From Octopus vulgaris (lineage: Eukaryota), in contig OX597820.1 in NCBI GenBank assembly GCA_951406725.2, positions 79,236,001-79,300,000 of the forward strand: a stretch of DNA of 64,000 nucleotides, read 5' to 3'. A program made the position numbers and the translations under genes. The notes beneath the pieces are model-generated. The model worked only from the letters and a program-made list of their open reading frames with translations. It searched no databases and was not told where the DNA came from. Below, one piece after another: positions 27,331-40,507 of this stretch; the first letter of the stretch is position 1, and each line of letters starts with the position of its first letter.

Positions 27331-27611
27331 AGCAACATTATAAGTTCCAATTCTATCAAGAATTTCATTAATCTGCGTTAACAATAAGTTTTCCTGTTAC
27401 ATAAAAGATTCTGAAACGTAATTAATGGATGGAATTATTGGAGTAAATTCCATTAAAAGATATCAAAGGTGCTCAGGAAGTCTTTTTCAATATACTGTAG
27501 TATTCTCCAGAATGGTTTATTGTTTCTAACATATGGGATAGTGTTCAGCTTTTCTCAGGGTTCACTTAATATCTTATACTTTTGCAAAGCTGTTATAAAG
27601 AAGATATACAC

Positions 27612-27655
<44 letters not shown>

Positions 27656-27796
27656 AAAACATATACACACACACACACCATGTACAGATGTAGAGGTGCA
27701 ATGGCCCAGTGGTTAGAGCAGTGGACTCCCAGTTGTAGGTTCACGGTTTCAATAAATCCTAATATTTTTTTATAAACAAAAAGTCGAAGTACTTAC

Positions 27797-27898
27797 CCTT
27801 TGCAAAAGTTTTTTCTGGTCCCCATTGGTACCTTTGAAGGCTTCTCCTAAGTTGAAGTAAAATATTTTACATGGGGTCATAGATCCATTCTCGTAGGT
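27797..27898 (-). CDS. DCDC1: DCDC1-like exon (102 nt, phase 0 to 0)
   Basis: ttcttttaag|ACCTAC...CAAAGG|gtaagt; TYENGSMTPCKIFYFNLGEAFKGTNGDQKKLLQR. Confidence 0.88.
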
Positions 27899-28264
27899 CT
27901 TAAAAGAAAAAGAGAAGATGCATTACATTTAACCCTTTTATCAATCATATTGCTCTGACAAATATGATGCTTCTTCATTCATGTTGTTTGGAATTATCAT
28001 GCAGAATCTGAGAGTTTTGAGATTTCAGTGTATGATTTTGGTGATATACTTCTTTCGTAAATATAATGTTGTTTTCATTGTATTAAAGTTAATTGTAATT
28101 AAAGTTGATATGTATTATATTTGTTTTATCAAATTTTTATTGTCAAAATAAATCTTTGATAATAATATGTTTAAATTCATGATAATTTTATTTTTAGAAT
28201 GATATTGTTGGGTAGGTGTGAGAGGCCAGATCTGGCCAGTTCGACTAAAAAAAAAAGTAGAATA

Positions 28265-28590
28265 TTTGTGCTGGATCCGTTGGATGTGCATGTATGACAA
28301 AGTGCAAATGTACTGAGAGAAAAGTCGGTCATAAGAGGAATCAAATGTAGTATGCAAGAAAGAAGACTATGTTGGTTTGGATATGCGGTATGTATGAATG
28401 AGGACAGCTGCATAAAGAAGTGCCGATCACAGGAAGTAGATGGTACCTGTGGAAGTGGGAGACCCAGGAAGACGTGGAATGAAGTGGTAAGGACTGATCT
28501 CAGGATGTTGGACCTCATGGAGAAAATGCCAAAGGACTGAGATCCAAGATGTCCTCTGGCAATATGAAGTTCTTGAGAAGACCTGCCCAC
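28265..28590 (+). mobile_element. RTE-clade LINE fragment
   Basis: MQERRLCWFGYAVCM...SGRPRKTWNEVVRTDL. Confidence 0.8.
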
Positions 28591-30204
28591 ATCAGTGAAA
28601 CTAACATGTGTCACATCAACGAAACTGTTGTGTCCTCCTCACACTTAGCAAGAAAATTTCTCACACACCCTACCACAACAAACCAAATTATGTCTCTATA
28701 TCTCTCTTCTCTTCCTCACATTTCCACTTCATGTACTTTGACTTTGATTACCTCTCACTCCCCAATCCTGTCCTCTTGGCCCTGTGCCACTGCATCACTG
28801 CTATCCACTAGCTTCTGACCTGCATGCTCCACCCACACCCTGTCTCACTGTATCATTGCATATCCCAGGCACTTTGCCACCATCTCTATCCTGCTGCTTC
28901 CCTCTCTCTCTCTCTCTCCTTCTCCTGCACTTCCCTCAGGTTGGGTAACCATGTATTTCCTTTGCAGCAGTGCTCCTGTTTCTGTCTTCATTTCTGATCT
29001 CTCTCACTCTCTGGCTGGGTAACCTTGTGCCTCCTCTACAGCAAAACACCCGTTTCTGTCTCTCTGCCTCACTATAACTTTTCATCACCCGACACAAGAT
29101 CATCTCCTCCCAAGCCCCTTCCTCTCTCAAAAGAGTCTTTTTTTTTGTTGTCTTGCAGGTACTTGAGGACCTTGTCAGTGCAGGTGCCACTTAAAAGCAC
29201 CCTGTCCACACTATAAAGTGGCTGGCGTTTGGAAGGGCTTCCACTTGTAAAAACCTTGCCCAAACTGACCTCGCCTGTGCTTGTGCCCCGTAAAAAGCAT
29301 TAAGTCCACTCTGCTGATTGATTGGTGTTAGGAAGGGCATCCAGCTGTAAAAATCCTGCCAAAACAGTCACAGAAGTCTGGTGCAGGCTTTGGCCTGGCC
29401 GGCTCCTGTCAAACCACCCCACCCATGCCAGCATGGAAGGTGGACATTAAACGATGATGATGATGATGATGATGCTGACTGGTTTAGATGCTAATGAGTT
29501 AAAATAATGAGTACAATAGATAAAAGGCTAAAACAACAATATACAGAATCATATTCTGTTATTCCTTTATTCCTTTACTGGTTTCAATTATTGGACTATG
29601 GTCATGCTGGGACACAGCCTTGTGAGGTTTAAGTTATTTCCACTGACCTCAGAACTTCTTTCAGGTAGGTATTTATTTTATTGATCTTTGTTTGTTGAAC
29701 TGTTAAGATACTTGACATCCACATGAATAACAACACCAGTATAAATACAGACAGACACATCCATATATATATACATATATATATATATAGTATATAGGCA
29801 CAAACACACATATATCATCATCATCTTCATCATCATGCTGGATACGAAAAGGTCGCCCAGCAGTGGCTAGCTGGTCACGTGAGGACAAAAGACAGGAGAA
29901 AGGGACAGATGAGGAGAGAGAGAAGGTGGACAGGGGAGGAGAAGAAAGAGACAGATCGAGGGGAGTGGAGGTATGAGAGGTAGAGAAGCGTAGGAGGGGG
30001 GGGGGCAGATGAAGAGAGAAAGAAAGAAAGAAGGGGAATAAGGGAGGAAGAGAGAGAGAGAGAAAGAGACAGATCAAGAGTCGTACCAATGTTAGAGAAA
30101 ATATACTTACGTATAAGGACAGAGGTGTGGATACGAAGCCGCCATTATATATGTAAATATATATGTATGTCTTTTTTTTTGTTGTCAAGAGTCTTGCAAA
30201 ACAA

Positions 30205-30305
<101 letters not shown>

Positions 30306-30784
30306 CATGTATGTATGTATAAATCTATCTCAACAAAATTTCATCTAACCAAAGCCACTATAGAAAAATGGACATTATAATGATGATGATGGTGTTGGTG
30401 GTGGTGGTGTCCCTCAAAAGACAGGATGGTCTTATGTGGAATTTCATTTGATCAGTGATCAGTTCAATCAGGAATGACCTGCGGCCAACCACCAATAAGA
30501 TCATCATCATCATCCTTTAATATCTGTTTTCCCTGCTGGCATGATGGGTCAGATGGTTTGACAGGAGATGGCAAGGCCGGAGGGCTGCACCAGGCTCCAG
30601 TCATCTGGTTTGGCATGGGTTTTGCAGCTGGATGCCCTTCCTAATGCCAACCCATTTACAGAATGTCCTTGGTGCTTTTTACGTGACACCCACACAGGTT
30701 TTTCTTATGTGGCACAACAACATAACGCAAAGTGTTAGTAGAAAATATATTATAAAGAAGAACTGGAGCGTTTTCATATTATGT

Positions 30785-31340
30785 GTGTGTCTCTCTCTCA
30801 TTATCTTTATCTTTCTCTCTCTCTCTCGTTATCACTATCTCTCTCTCTCTTATCTCTATCTATCTGTCTCTCTCTCTCCCTCTCCCATTATCTTTATCTC
30901 TGTCTGTTTGTCTCTTTCCCTCTGTCTCTTGTTCTCTTTATCTCTGTCTGTTTCTCTCTCTCTCTCTCTCATTATCTTTATCTCTGTCTGTCTGTCTCTC
31001 TCTCATTATCTTTATCTTTCTCTCTCTCTCTTGTTATTTTTATTTCTGTCTGTCTGTCTGTCTGTCTCTCCCGTTATCTTTATCTCTGTCTGTCTGTCTC
31101 TCATTATCTTTATCTCTCTCTCCCTCTCTCTCTTATCTTTATCTCTGTCTCTGTCTGACTGTCTCTCTCATTATCTTTATCTCTCTCTCTCTCTCTCTTG
31201 TTATCTTTATCTCTCCTTCTCTCTCTCTCTTGTTATCTTTAGCTTTCTCTCTCCTTCTCTCTCTCTCTCGTTATCTTTATCTCTCTCTCCCTCTCTCTCT
31301 CTCTCTCGTTATCTTTATCTCTCTCTCTCTCTCTCTCTCA
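30785..31340. repeat. Compound polypyrimidine repeat: (CT)n/(CTGT)n runs punctuated by TTATCTTTA
   Basis: Roughly 15 recurring ttatcttta motifs separated by CT runs. Confidence 0.9.
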
Positions 31341-32059
31341 CTTAACCTCAAACTATTTGGAATAGATGCCTAAGTGATGGAATGGAATCAATGCATCTGG
31401 CAGACTATTGTACAACCTGAAAAGAGAAAAAACCATTCCTTATCTGTTAAATGTTACACAGTCTGAAGCCGAACAGTGTAAAAATCTTTTAATTCAAAGA
31501 CAAGAATGGAACGAATGGCAACCAGGAAAAGCTTTTGCCAAGAGTAGGTTTTTCCTCTTCGCTTATAAAGAAAAGCATGAAAGAATGTTCAACGTTGAAT
31601 GTATTTGATGCTGTTGTTGGTCTCGCAGAACTCTGCTTCTGCATAATCACAACCTGGATAAAGAATTACATTTGCTAGCACCTCGGATATGGAAGATTCC
31701 AGTCAATTCTGGAACCATTCTACAGCACACTTTCAGCTTTATCAGAGATTCTGTGATTCATGAAGACATAAATCCTTTGTATTTCATTTTTATTTTGTGA
31801 TGTTTTACATTTGTTTTTTTTTTTTTTCCGATCTTTTATCTTTTACTTGTTTCAGTCATTTGATTGCGGCCATGCTGGGGCACCACTTTGAAGGGTTTTA
31901 GTCAAACAAATTAACACTAAGACATGTTATTTTTTAAAGTCTAGTATTTATTCCATCAGTCTCTTTTTTCCAAACTGTTAAGTTATGGGGACGTAAACAC
32001 ACCACCACCAGTTGTCAAATGGTGGTGGGAGAGAAACACAGACACAGAGAACCCCCATC

Positions 32060-32113
<54 letters not shown>

Positions 32114-32940
32114 TTTGTAAGATATAAGTTAGAGGTAGTGTAACCATCTAAGGGATATATTATTTTAACTATTATCATTATGTTTATTTTGCTTGTTTGT
32201 ATATTTCTAACAGGAATGAAGTATTTTGTATTCTCAGACTGCTATCATCATCATTTATCGTCTGTTGTCCATGCTGGCATGGGTTGAACAGTTTGACCAG
32301 AGCTGGCAAGCCAGAGGGTTGCATCAGGTTCCAGTCTGATTTGGCTTAGCATCTATGACTGGATGTCCTTCCTGAAGAATGTGCTGGGTGCTTTTACATG
32401 ACACCTGAGAAGCACTTCTATGTAGCACCAGCATGAGTGCTTTTTTATGTGGCACTGGCACAGGACTCTTTCAGGCTAATCCTCTTCACTTTCATTGGCA
32501 CACAGCCTCTTCCCTTGGTTCCACTCCCTCTCTCAACTGAAAAGTCTTTGTCTTGCAAGTTACTTTGCAACCCTGCTAGTGCCAGTGCCATGTAGAACAC
32601 ACATGTGATGGTTTCACATGAGAAGCGCCTGTGATGGTTTCACATGAGAAGCACCTGTGATGGTGTCACATGAGAAGCACCTGTGCTGGTGCCACGTAAA
32701 AAGCACCCAGTACACTCTGTAAAGTAGTTGGCATCAAGAAGGGCATCCAGCTATAAAAACCATGCCAAAACAGATGACAGGGGCCTGGTGCAGCTCTCTG
32801 GCTTACCAGCTCCAGTCAAACCGCCCAACCCATGCCAGGATAGAAAATGGATGTTAAACGATGGTGATGAAGATAATTGAAATGAGAGATATTAACAGAA
32901 TGAGAATACAAAATGTTCCATTCATGTTGCAAATAAGCAA

Positions 32941-32981
<41 letters not shown>

Positions 32982-33712
32982 AATAATGATGATGATGATT
33001 AAAATAATCTACTAAATTAATATCCAACTGTGCAGCATTGTACAATAACGAAGTCGAACAAATGACAACATATTGTTGACTGATTTCTCAACAGCAAACA
33101 TCATGCACTCAAATATTTAGTGCAAACTTTGCAGCTGTTAAAAAAATATTCTGACAAATAAATGTTTTGATCACAGCTTGACTGATTCTTTTGGTTTTGG
33201 TGGTAATGTTTGAACATCACAAAGAATACCTGACAGTATTTGTTTTGGATCTTTATGTTCCGAGTTCAAACCCTTCTTTGAAGGACAATCAAATAAAGTA
33301 CAGTAGAGTACTGGGATCAATAAATTTGACTGTTGCTTTCTACCAAATAGGAGACATTGTGTTTATGTAAGGAGATCATCAAGCACTTACACACACATGT
33401 ACACACACGATAGTAACTTCCACCTACCAAACTGAATCACAAGGCTTCGGTTAGCACAAGGCTGTAGCAGAAGAAACTTGACCAAGGTGTCATGCAGTGG
33501 GACTGAACCCAAAACCAAGTGACTGGGATCAAGCTTCCTAACCACACAGCAACAACAACAACAACAACAACAGCAGCAGCAGCAGCCGCCTCTGCCACCA
33601 CCACCATCATCATCATCATATGTCTGACTTTTACCTTGCATTTGTACAAGTTGGCTCCAAGTCTCACCCAGAGACCATGGAAAACGGACATTAAATGATG
33701 ATGATGATCATC

Positions 33713-33744
<32 letters not shown>

Positions 33745-34199
33745 TATATGTCTGACTTTTGCCTTGCATTTGTACAAGTTGGCTCCAAGTCTCACCCAGA
33801 GACCTCAAAAGACAAGTTAGAAGTTCATGTTGATGTTATACCTAGAGTGCCATATATTTGGTTTTGTACATAGCGTTTTTCTAGAGAATGTTTAAGAAAA
33901 CATAAAAAAATTATGAGTTTGTTTCAAAAATTGTGATTACATAGAAAGTATTTTACGTAGGATATGAGCAGTTACCATGAGCATTATCTTTTGAATTTCT
34001 ATCACTTTGGTTTTCATCCCTCCAGGGTCAGTAAAATTAAGCATCAATTAAGCGCTGGGATCAAATAACCAACTGCCCCACCCGTTAAAATTGCTGACCT
34101 AGTTTTATGCAGAATTGGTTGAAGTGCGAAGTAGAGACGATGATCAGAGTTGTCGAGCATCTTGAGCTGATGCAGGAATTTGAATGTTTTCCTTTAAAT

Positions 34200-34980
34200 T
34201 AAATCTGCTCAAGGCTCCTCCTTCAGAGTGAAAGGCAGATTCTTCGATGCCTATGTATGAATAGCTATGCTACATGTAAAAGGCTTGGAAGAAATGAAGT
34301 CAGATTGCTCCACTGGATGGGTAATGTCGCAGTATATATACAATAAAGTGTAAAATTATTTAAGAGTAAAACTTGGTATAAGAGGCATCAGATGTTGTGT
34401 GCAAGAGAGAAGACTGTGCTGGTTTGGTCATGTGATGCATATGGATGTGTACAGTTCCATAAAGAAGTTGTAATCATCATCATCATCATTTAACATCCAT
34501 GCTGGCATGGGTTGGACAGTTTGACCAGTGCTGGTAAGCTGGAAGGCTGCACTAGATTCCAGTCTGCTTTGGTGTGGTTTTCTATGGCTGGATGCCCTTC
34601 CTAATGCCAACCACTCTGAGAGTGTAATGGGTGCTTTCACATGCCACTGGCATGGGTTCCAATTTGTGTGACACTGGTATCTGCCACAACTGTGATTTTG
34701 CTTGGCTTGATGTGTCATCTTCTCAAGCACAACATAATGCCAAAGGTCTGTGAAGCTCAGCATTCAAAAGGAACTCAGCCACTTTACCTCTGTGAGCACC
34801 TAACTTTAATTGTGGAGGAAACTATGGAAGGGGCAGACCCAGGAAGGTATAGGATGAAGTGGTTTGAAATGATCTTCAGATGTTAGGCCAGGTTGACTCT
34901 AGGTATGGGATGAAGTGGTTTGAAATGATCTTCAGATGTTGGGCTCCACAGAGGAGTTGACAAAGGACCAAAACTTCTGG
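34200..34980 (+). mobile_element. Decayed RTE LINE fragment interrupted by an antisense LINE-3'/SINE copy (~34475-34790)
   Basis: caagagagaagactgtgctggtttggtcatgtg... resumes at ~34800 with gggcagacccaggaag. Confidence 0.65.
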
Positions 34981-35865
34981 TAAAATCATGGCCATCTTTA
35001 CATACAAGCATGTCTTTTACGGCCATATTTTCCCCCCCTTCCCCTCACACATAATTCTGTCCTTTGGCAAAACTCTTCCACAACCCATCTTCCCACCACC
35101 CACAGCAGGCCCCTCCATTCTCCCTCACATGCCTATCCACACACTCTCCATGCCTTTACATATCAATCACATCCACCTCCCACTCACTCCTATTCCTCTC
35201 ACCATTACTTCCTATCTCTAAACATCTCCCCTCACACTCTTATGGAATATTCCCCTCTATTCTCCTCTGTACTACTTGCCCTCCCCTAACTATTCCCTGT
35301 GGGTAGACTCCATTACCTCTCCAACACCATTAGTTTTCTCTCTCTCTCTCTCAATCTGTCTTTCTCTCTGACTCTCTCCCACCTTCCCCTCCTTCCTTGT
35401 CCAACTGGGATACCCCAAGTATCTCCTCTATTGTAGGACAGCTGTCTCTGCCCCTCTCTCATACTCTAACCTCAGCTTGGCACACAACCACTTCCTTTGG
35501 TTCTGCTCCCTCTCTCAGCTAAGAGGTACTTGTCTTGCAAGCTACTTGGCAACCCTGTGGGTGCAGGAGCCATGTAAAAAGCACCCATCCCATTCTGGTG
35601 CCACATAAAAAAATCACCCATACTGAAGCCATGTAAAAAACACCCAGTACACTCTGTGAAGTTGTCGGTGTTAGGAACTTAGCATTTGGTCAAATAGAGA
35701 TCACTGAAATATGTAGTACTATTGATAGGATCATCTCCGTGATTGATGGGATCAACTCCATGATTGATAAGGTCAATGCCATGCCAAGATCACTGCAGAA
35801 AACAGTAGAAGACTGAGAGAATATCAACATAGAGAAGTCAGTGAGATAAAGAGACAGGAACTTAC

Positions 35866-35934
35866 TTTTAAGCGAAGACCCTTCCTTCCAGTCAAATGGG
35901 GACTGTTTTCAACTTGTACCATATTCTCAGAGTT
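35866..35934 (-). CDS. DCDC1: DCDC1-like exon (69 nt, phase 0 to 0)
   Basis: tttttacttag|AACTCT...TTAAAA|gtaagt; NSENMVQVENSPHLTGRKGLRLK, joining the next exon to give GLRLKTYENG. Confidence 0.87.
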
Positions 35935-36244
35935 CTAAGTAAAAATAGAAATAATATAACAAAAGAACAATTACTCGAAATACATCAGAAAGTTGAACCA
36001 AAGATGAACCATTCCCATACATTGTTACTTCAAGAGCTAAATATAACAGCTAAATCAATATCTAGCAATTGACAGCCAACTATTTTTAAAGAGGAAACAT
36101 TTGATAATGTACTAGGGGGTAGACAGTTCTTAGGAAGACCATGTCTTGGGTACCTTTTATTTACAGAGTTGCTCGATGAAGGACAACTTGCAGGTTAGAT
36201 ATCATTCCCTACAAAATAATAATAATGATAATACTAATTAATTC

Positions 36245-36610
36245 TTGCTTTATTGGCCACAAGGGCTTAACATAAATCAAAAAACATGTAAGGACAAACA
36301 CAGAACGAAAAGTACAAAGGGTTCTGCGAAAAAGAAAAGTCTGTGTAAACATTAGAAAACAGCAAAAAAATGTAACAATTAGAAAGAACTCCCAATAGGG
36401 GGAGGTGCTTCGAAAGGTTACTCATGCAAAAACCCATAAAAGCCATGGGAGCTTGGTCAAAAAGGGGTATAGAGCCCCTTCTTTTATATTACATTTTTTT
36501 TTACAGGTATAATCTCAGATTTGGTCCGTTCATACAGGCCATTTTACCAACATTCACCCACCTTTCAATAAATTTGCTATGAGACAGTACTTCCCTCTCT
36601 ACTCTCATCT
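36245..36610 (-). mobile_element. L1/Tx1-like LINE 3' end fragment
   Basis: Minus-strand KMRVEREVLSHSKFIERWVNVG, then UTR ending cccttgtggccaataaag plus A-rich tail. Confidence 0.55.
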
Positions 36611-36860
36611 TCCAATCCTTTCTACTACAGGCGCAAGGCCTGAAATCCACAGGGAGGGGACTTGTTAATTACATTGACCCCACTACTCAACTGGTATTTA
36701 TTTCATCAGCTCTGAAAGGATGAAAGCGAAATGCAACTTCTGCAGAATTTGAACTCAGAAAATAAAAATGGATGAAATGCTGTTAAGCATTTTTCCCAGG
36801 GTGCTAACAACTTTGCCAGTTCTCTGCCCTCTGCAACTTAATAATATTGATATCAAGATA

Positions 36861-37435
36861 CAGTAATCCCTTGCCATTTCATGGTTCACCTATCATGCAC
36901 TCAGTACATCGTGGTTCACCTATCGTGCACTCAGTACATCACGGATTCTTCTTGCTAATATATATAAATTTATATCATGGAATCCTCAGTACATCATGGG
37001 TTTCTGTGGCTGATTGACACTCTTTCACTTGTTTCAGCCATTTGACTGTGGCCATGCTGGAGCACCATATCTAGTCAAGCAAATTGACCCCCAGGACTTA
37101 TTCTTTATAAGCCTAGTACTTATTCTATCGGTCTCTTTTGCCGAACTGCTAAGTTACACACCAGCATCGGTTGTCAAGTGATATATATATATACAACAGG
37201 CTTCTTTCAGTTTCCATCTACCAAAATCCACTCACAAGGCTTTGGTTGGCCCAAAGCTATAGTAGAAGACACTTGCCTAAGGTGCCATGCAGTGGGACTG
37301 AACCCGGAACTACGTGGTTCGTAAGCAAGCTACTTACCACACAGCCACTCCTTTATATTTATAATTTTTTAGATTTTTTATTATTTCTGTGGGAGGTTTT
37401 GGAACGTAACACCCATGATAGTCGAGGGATTACTG
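36861..37435. mobile_element. Tigger/pogo-like MITE with nested SINE
   Basis: TIRs cagtaatccct / agggattactg flanked by TA; SINE at ~37020-37350. Confidence 0.78.
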
Positions 37436-37498
37436 TATATCGGAATTAGATCGGAATACTAAGACTTTTGAGTAGTTGTTTAAAACAACATGAATATA

Positions 37499-37705
37499 CA
37501 GTAATACCTCACCTACCACAGTTCACCAATCACACACTCAGTACATCGCAGATTTTTCTGTCTAATATATAACTAAATTTATATCATGGAATCCTCAGTA
37601 CATCGTAGGTTTCTGTGGCCAACAGGTATTTATATTTTTTTAGATTTCAATTATTTCTGTGGGAGGTTTTGAAACACAACACCTGCGATAGTCGATGGAT
37701 TACTG
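37499..37705. mobile_element. Second copy of the same Tigger-like MITE, without the SINE
   Basis: cagtaatacctc ... gatggattactg; body matches the preceding copy. Confidence 0.78.
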
Positions 37706-38091
37706 TACTGTCAGGTGTGAGCTGGCAGAATCATTAACACATTGATTAGCAAATGTGTAGTGGCATTTCGTCCGGATTCACAGTCTGAGTTCAAATTCCA
37801 CTGAGGTTAAATTTGCTTTCCGTCCTTTTGGGATTGATAAAATAAATACCAAATGAACACTGGAGTCAATTTAATTGACTTGGCCGCTTCCCTGAAATTG
37901 CTGGCCTTGTGTGAAGATTTGAAATCAGTTTGAAATCAATATTGAGATATATAATGGAATATTGAAGTGTAACAAAAAGCAGAGTGGAAAATCTTGTAAT
38001 TAATCTCTGAACAGTTGAAATGTTTGAGAAGTTCAATAGATCGTGATTTATCTTTCGAAATTAAGGTTATGGTCTTCACAGAATTACTTAC

Positions 38092-38181
38092 CATTTTCTC
38101 TTGCTTCAGTTCCTTGAGATATTCAAGTTTTGATTTGATGGTTGCTATAGCATCTTCCAAGTCAGAAATATCAGAATCAAA
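38092..38181 (-). CDS. DCDC1: DCDC1-like exon (90 nt, phase 0 to 0), coiled-coil-like
   Basis: atatttcag|TTTGAT...AAAATG|gtaagt; FDSDISDLEDAIATIKSKLEYLKELKQEKM. Confidence 0.85.
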
Positions 38182-39049
38182 CTGAAATATACACAAAAAT
38201 AATACCATAATTTACATGTGTGTGTGTGTGTGCATGCATGTGCATGCGTGTGTGCGTGTGTGTATCTGCTTCATCCTCCTTGTCATCATTTTATCTCCCT
38301 TTTTCATGTTTGCAACGGTCACAAATAATTTCTTGAGGCAGATTTTCTATGGCTGAATGCCCTTCTTGTCACCAACCCTCACCTGTCTCTAAGCAAGGGT
38401 GATATTTCCCATGGCCCCAAGCATGTTTTATACACAAAACTGGAAAAGAAGGAGACCACTTTTATGTGACAACTGTCACATGATGTCTACAAAAGAGTAC
38501 ACACACACACACACAGATATTTGTCCAAGGTACTGTGCAGTGGGACTGAACCTAAGACCACATGGTTGGGAAGCAAGCTTCTGAACCACACAGCCACAAC
38601 TGCACCTATATATGTTTATAAAAATCTACGCTTGAAAAGATATCGTGTGTAGAAGTTCAGTTGATGATGGTGCACATATGTATAGGCCGGTGTTCTGTGT
38701 GTGGCATAATGTATAGAATAAGTCAGATTCTAAATGCAGCAACATATTCCAAAAGGACCAGTAGGCTGTGTTACTGTCAATGTTTCCAGGCTTGCAGGGC
38801 AGTTAAAGGCATGTCATTGCTCTGGTTACTAGGTTATGAGACTGTGTCAGGCTATGTCTTGGCTAGCAGGCAAAAGGAACTATCATAACAGCATTGCTGC
38901 AAAGCTCTGAAGGCTGTTTTATGGTTGTGTGTCTGCTGGACTGTGTCAGTAAGCAGACTACAAGAATCATGAAGGCTGCTGGATGTTGAGCTGTCTGGCA
39001 ATATTAGAAGTTAAAGTGGGTAGCAATTAGCTATGTCAGTAAATATGTT

Positions 39050-39352
39050 GTTTGTTCCTTCTCAAGCCACGCCTGGCTCATAAGGGCTGGTTTCCTGATT
39101 TCACTGGCGTATAGGTTCCCCACCTGGATGGGACACTGGTCCGTCACAGGTGAGCTGCTAAATGCAGGAGAAAAGAGTGAGAGAAAGTTGTGGTGAAAGA
39201 GTCAGCAGAAGTTTGCCATTACCTTCTGCCGGAGCTGCATGGCGCTTAGGTGTCTTCGCTCATAAACACACACATCGTCCGGTCTGAGATTCGAACCCGC
39301 GATCCCTCGACCACGAGTCTGCTGCTCTAACCACTAGGCCATGTGCCTCCAC
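39050..39352 (-). mobile_element. tRNA-derived SINE (fourth family)
   Basis: Minus-strand head ggaggcacatggcctagtggttagagc...gggttcgaatctc; related heads at ~27692+ and 60520-60890+. Confidence 0.72.
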
Positions 39353-40266
39353 ATGCCAGTAAATATAGCAGCTTAATAATTGCTACTTATCTTTTATTTG
39401 TTTCAGTCATTAGACTGTGGCCATGCTGGGGCACTGCCTTGAAGAATTTTAATCAAATGAATTGACTCTAGTACTTATTGTGTTTTTTAAGCCAGATACT
39501 TATTCTATTGGTCTCTTTTACTGAAATGCTAAGTTACAGAGACATAAACAAACCAATACAGGTTATCAAACAATGGAGAGGGACAAACACAAAGATGCAT
39601 ACACATAGATATATACATAGACACAATGGACTTCTTTGGGTTTCCATTTACCAAATCCACTCACAAGACATTGGTCAGCCCAAAGCTATAGTAGAAGACA
39701 CTTGCCCAAGGTGCCATGCAGTAGGACTGAACCCAGAACCATAAGGTTGGGAAGAAAATTTGTGATTGTATTAAAAATTATTTCCCATAACTCTCTCTCA
39801 TGCTCACACCCGCACACACAGTTGATTTAGTCATGTAACTCCTTTACTTTACTCCTCTCTTCCCCTAGTGTAAAGTTCCTCCCACATGCATACGCTTTGG
39901 GCTCATAGTCTTGCAAGCTGCATGGCAACTTGACTGGTGCTGGTGACATGAAGAATGCACCCTTTTATATGCTGTAAAGTGTAGAAACCATTTCAAACAG
40001 ACACAGGAGCATGATGCATTCCTGGACTCATCAGATCCCGTCAAACTCTCCACCCATGCCAATATGGAACACAGATGCTAAATGATAATGATATATGTGT
40101 GTGAGTGTATATATATATGAGAGGTATTAGTATCTAGAAGACCCAAAGAGTGGCAGGTAATGCTAAATAAGTGCAATGGACAGACCATAGTTAAACTCTT
40201 GGTTCAATAGTGATAGGAGTGAGGAATCTAATGTGGGTCATGTATCAGTATGTATTAGCATATACA

Positions 40267-40507
40267 TTAGACAAAATGAGATAACAAAACCAAGGCTGTG
40301 AGGAGTTTTCAGGACATTTATAAGGAAAAAGATATAGATATAGTCTTACAGCTGTTTCTGGAATAATATGGATATCTCACATCGTGTCTGATGAAGGGAT
40401 ATCCATAATATCCCAGAAACAGCTGTAAGACTATATCTATATCTTTTTCCTTATAAATGTCCTGAAAATTCCTCACAGCCTTGGTTTTGTTATCTCATTT
40501 TGTCTAA
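40267..40507. mobile_element. ~110-bp inverted repeat of a PLE-type terminus with a hammerhead-like motif
   Basis: Arms nearly perfectly complementary; CTGATGA at 40388 and GAAACAGCTGTA at 40416. Confidence 0.7.

Noticed and set aside
31348-31417. Strong minus-strand acceptor (ttttctcttttcag) suggesting an extra exon
   Set aside because: Stops in all three frames before the next donor, and flanking exons 35866 and 27898 join directly
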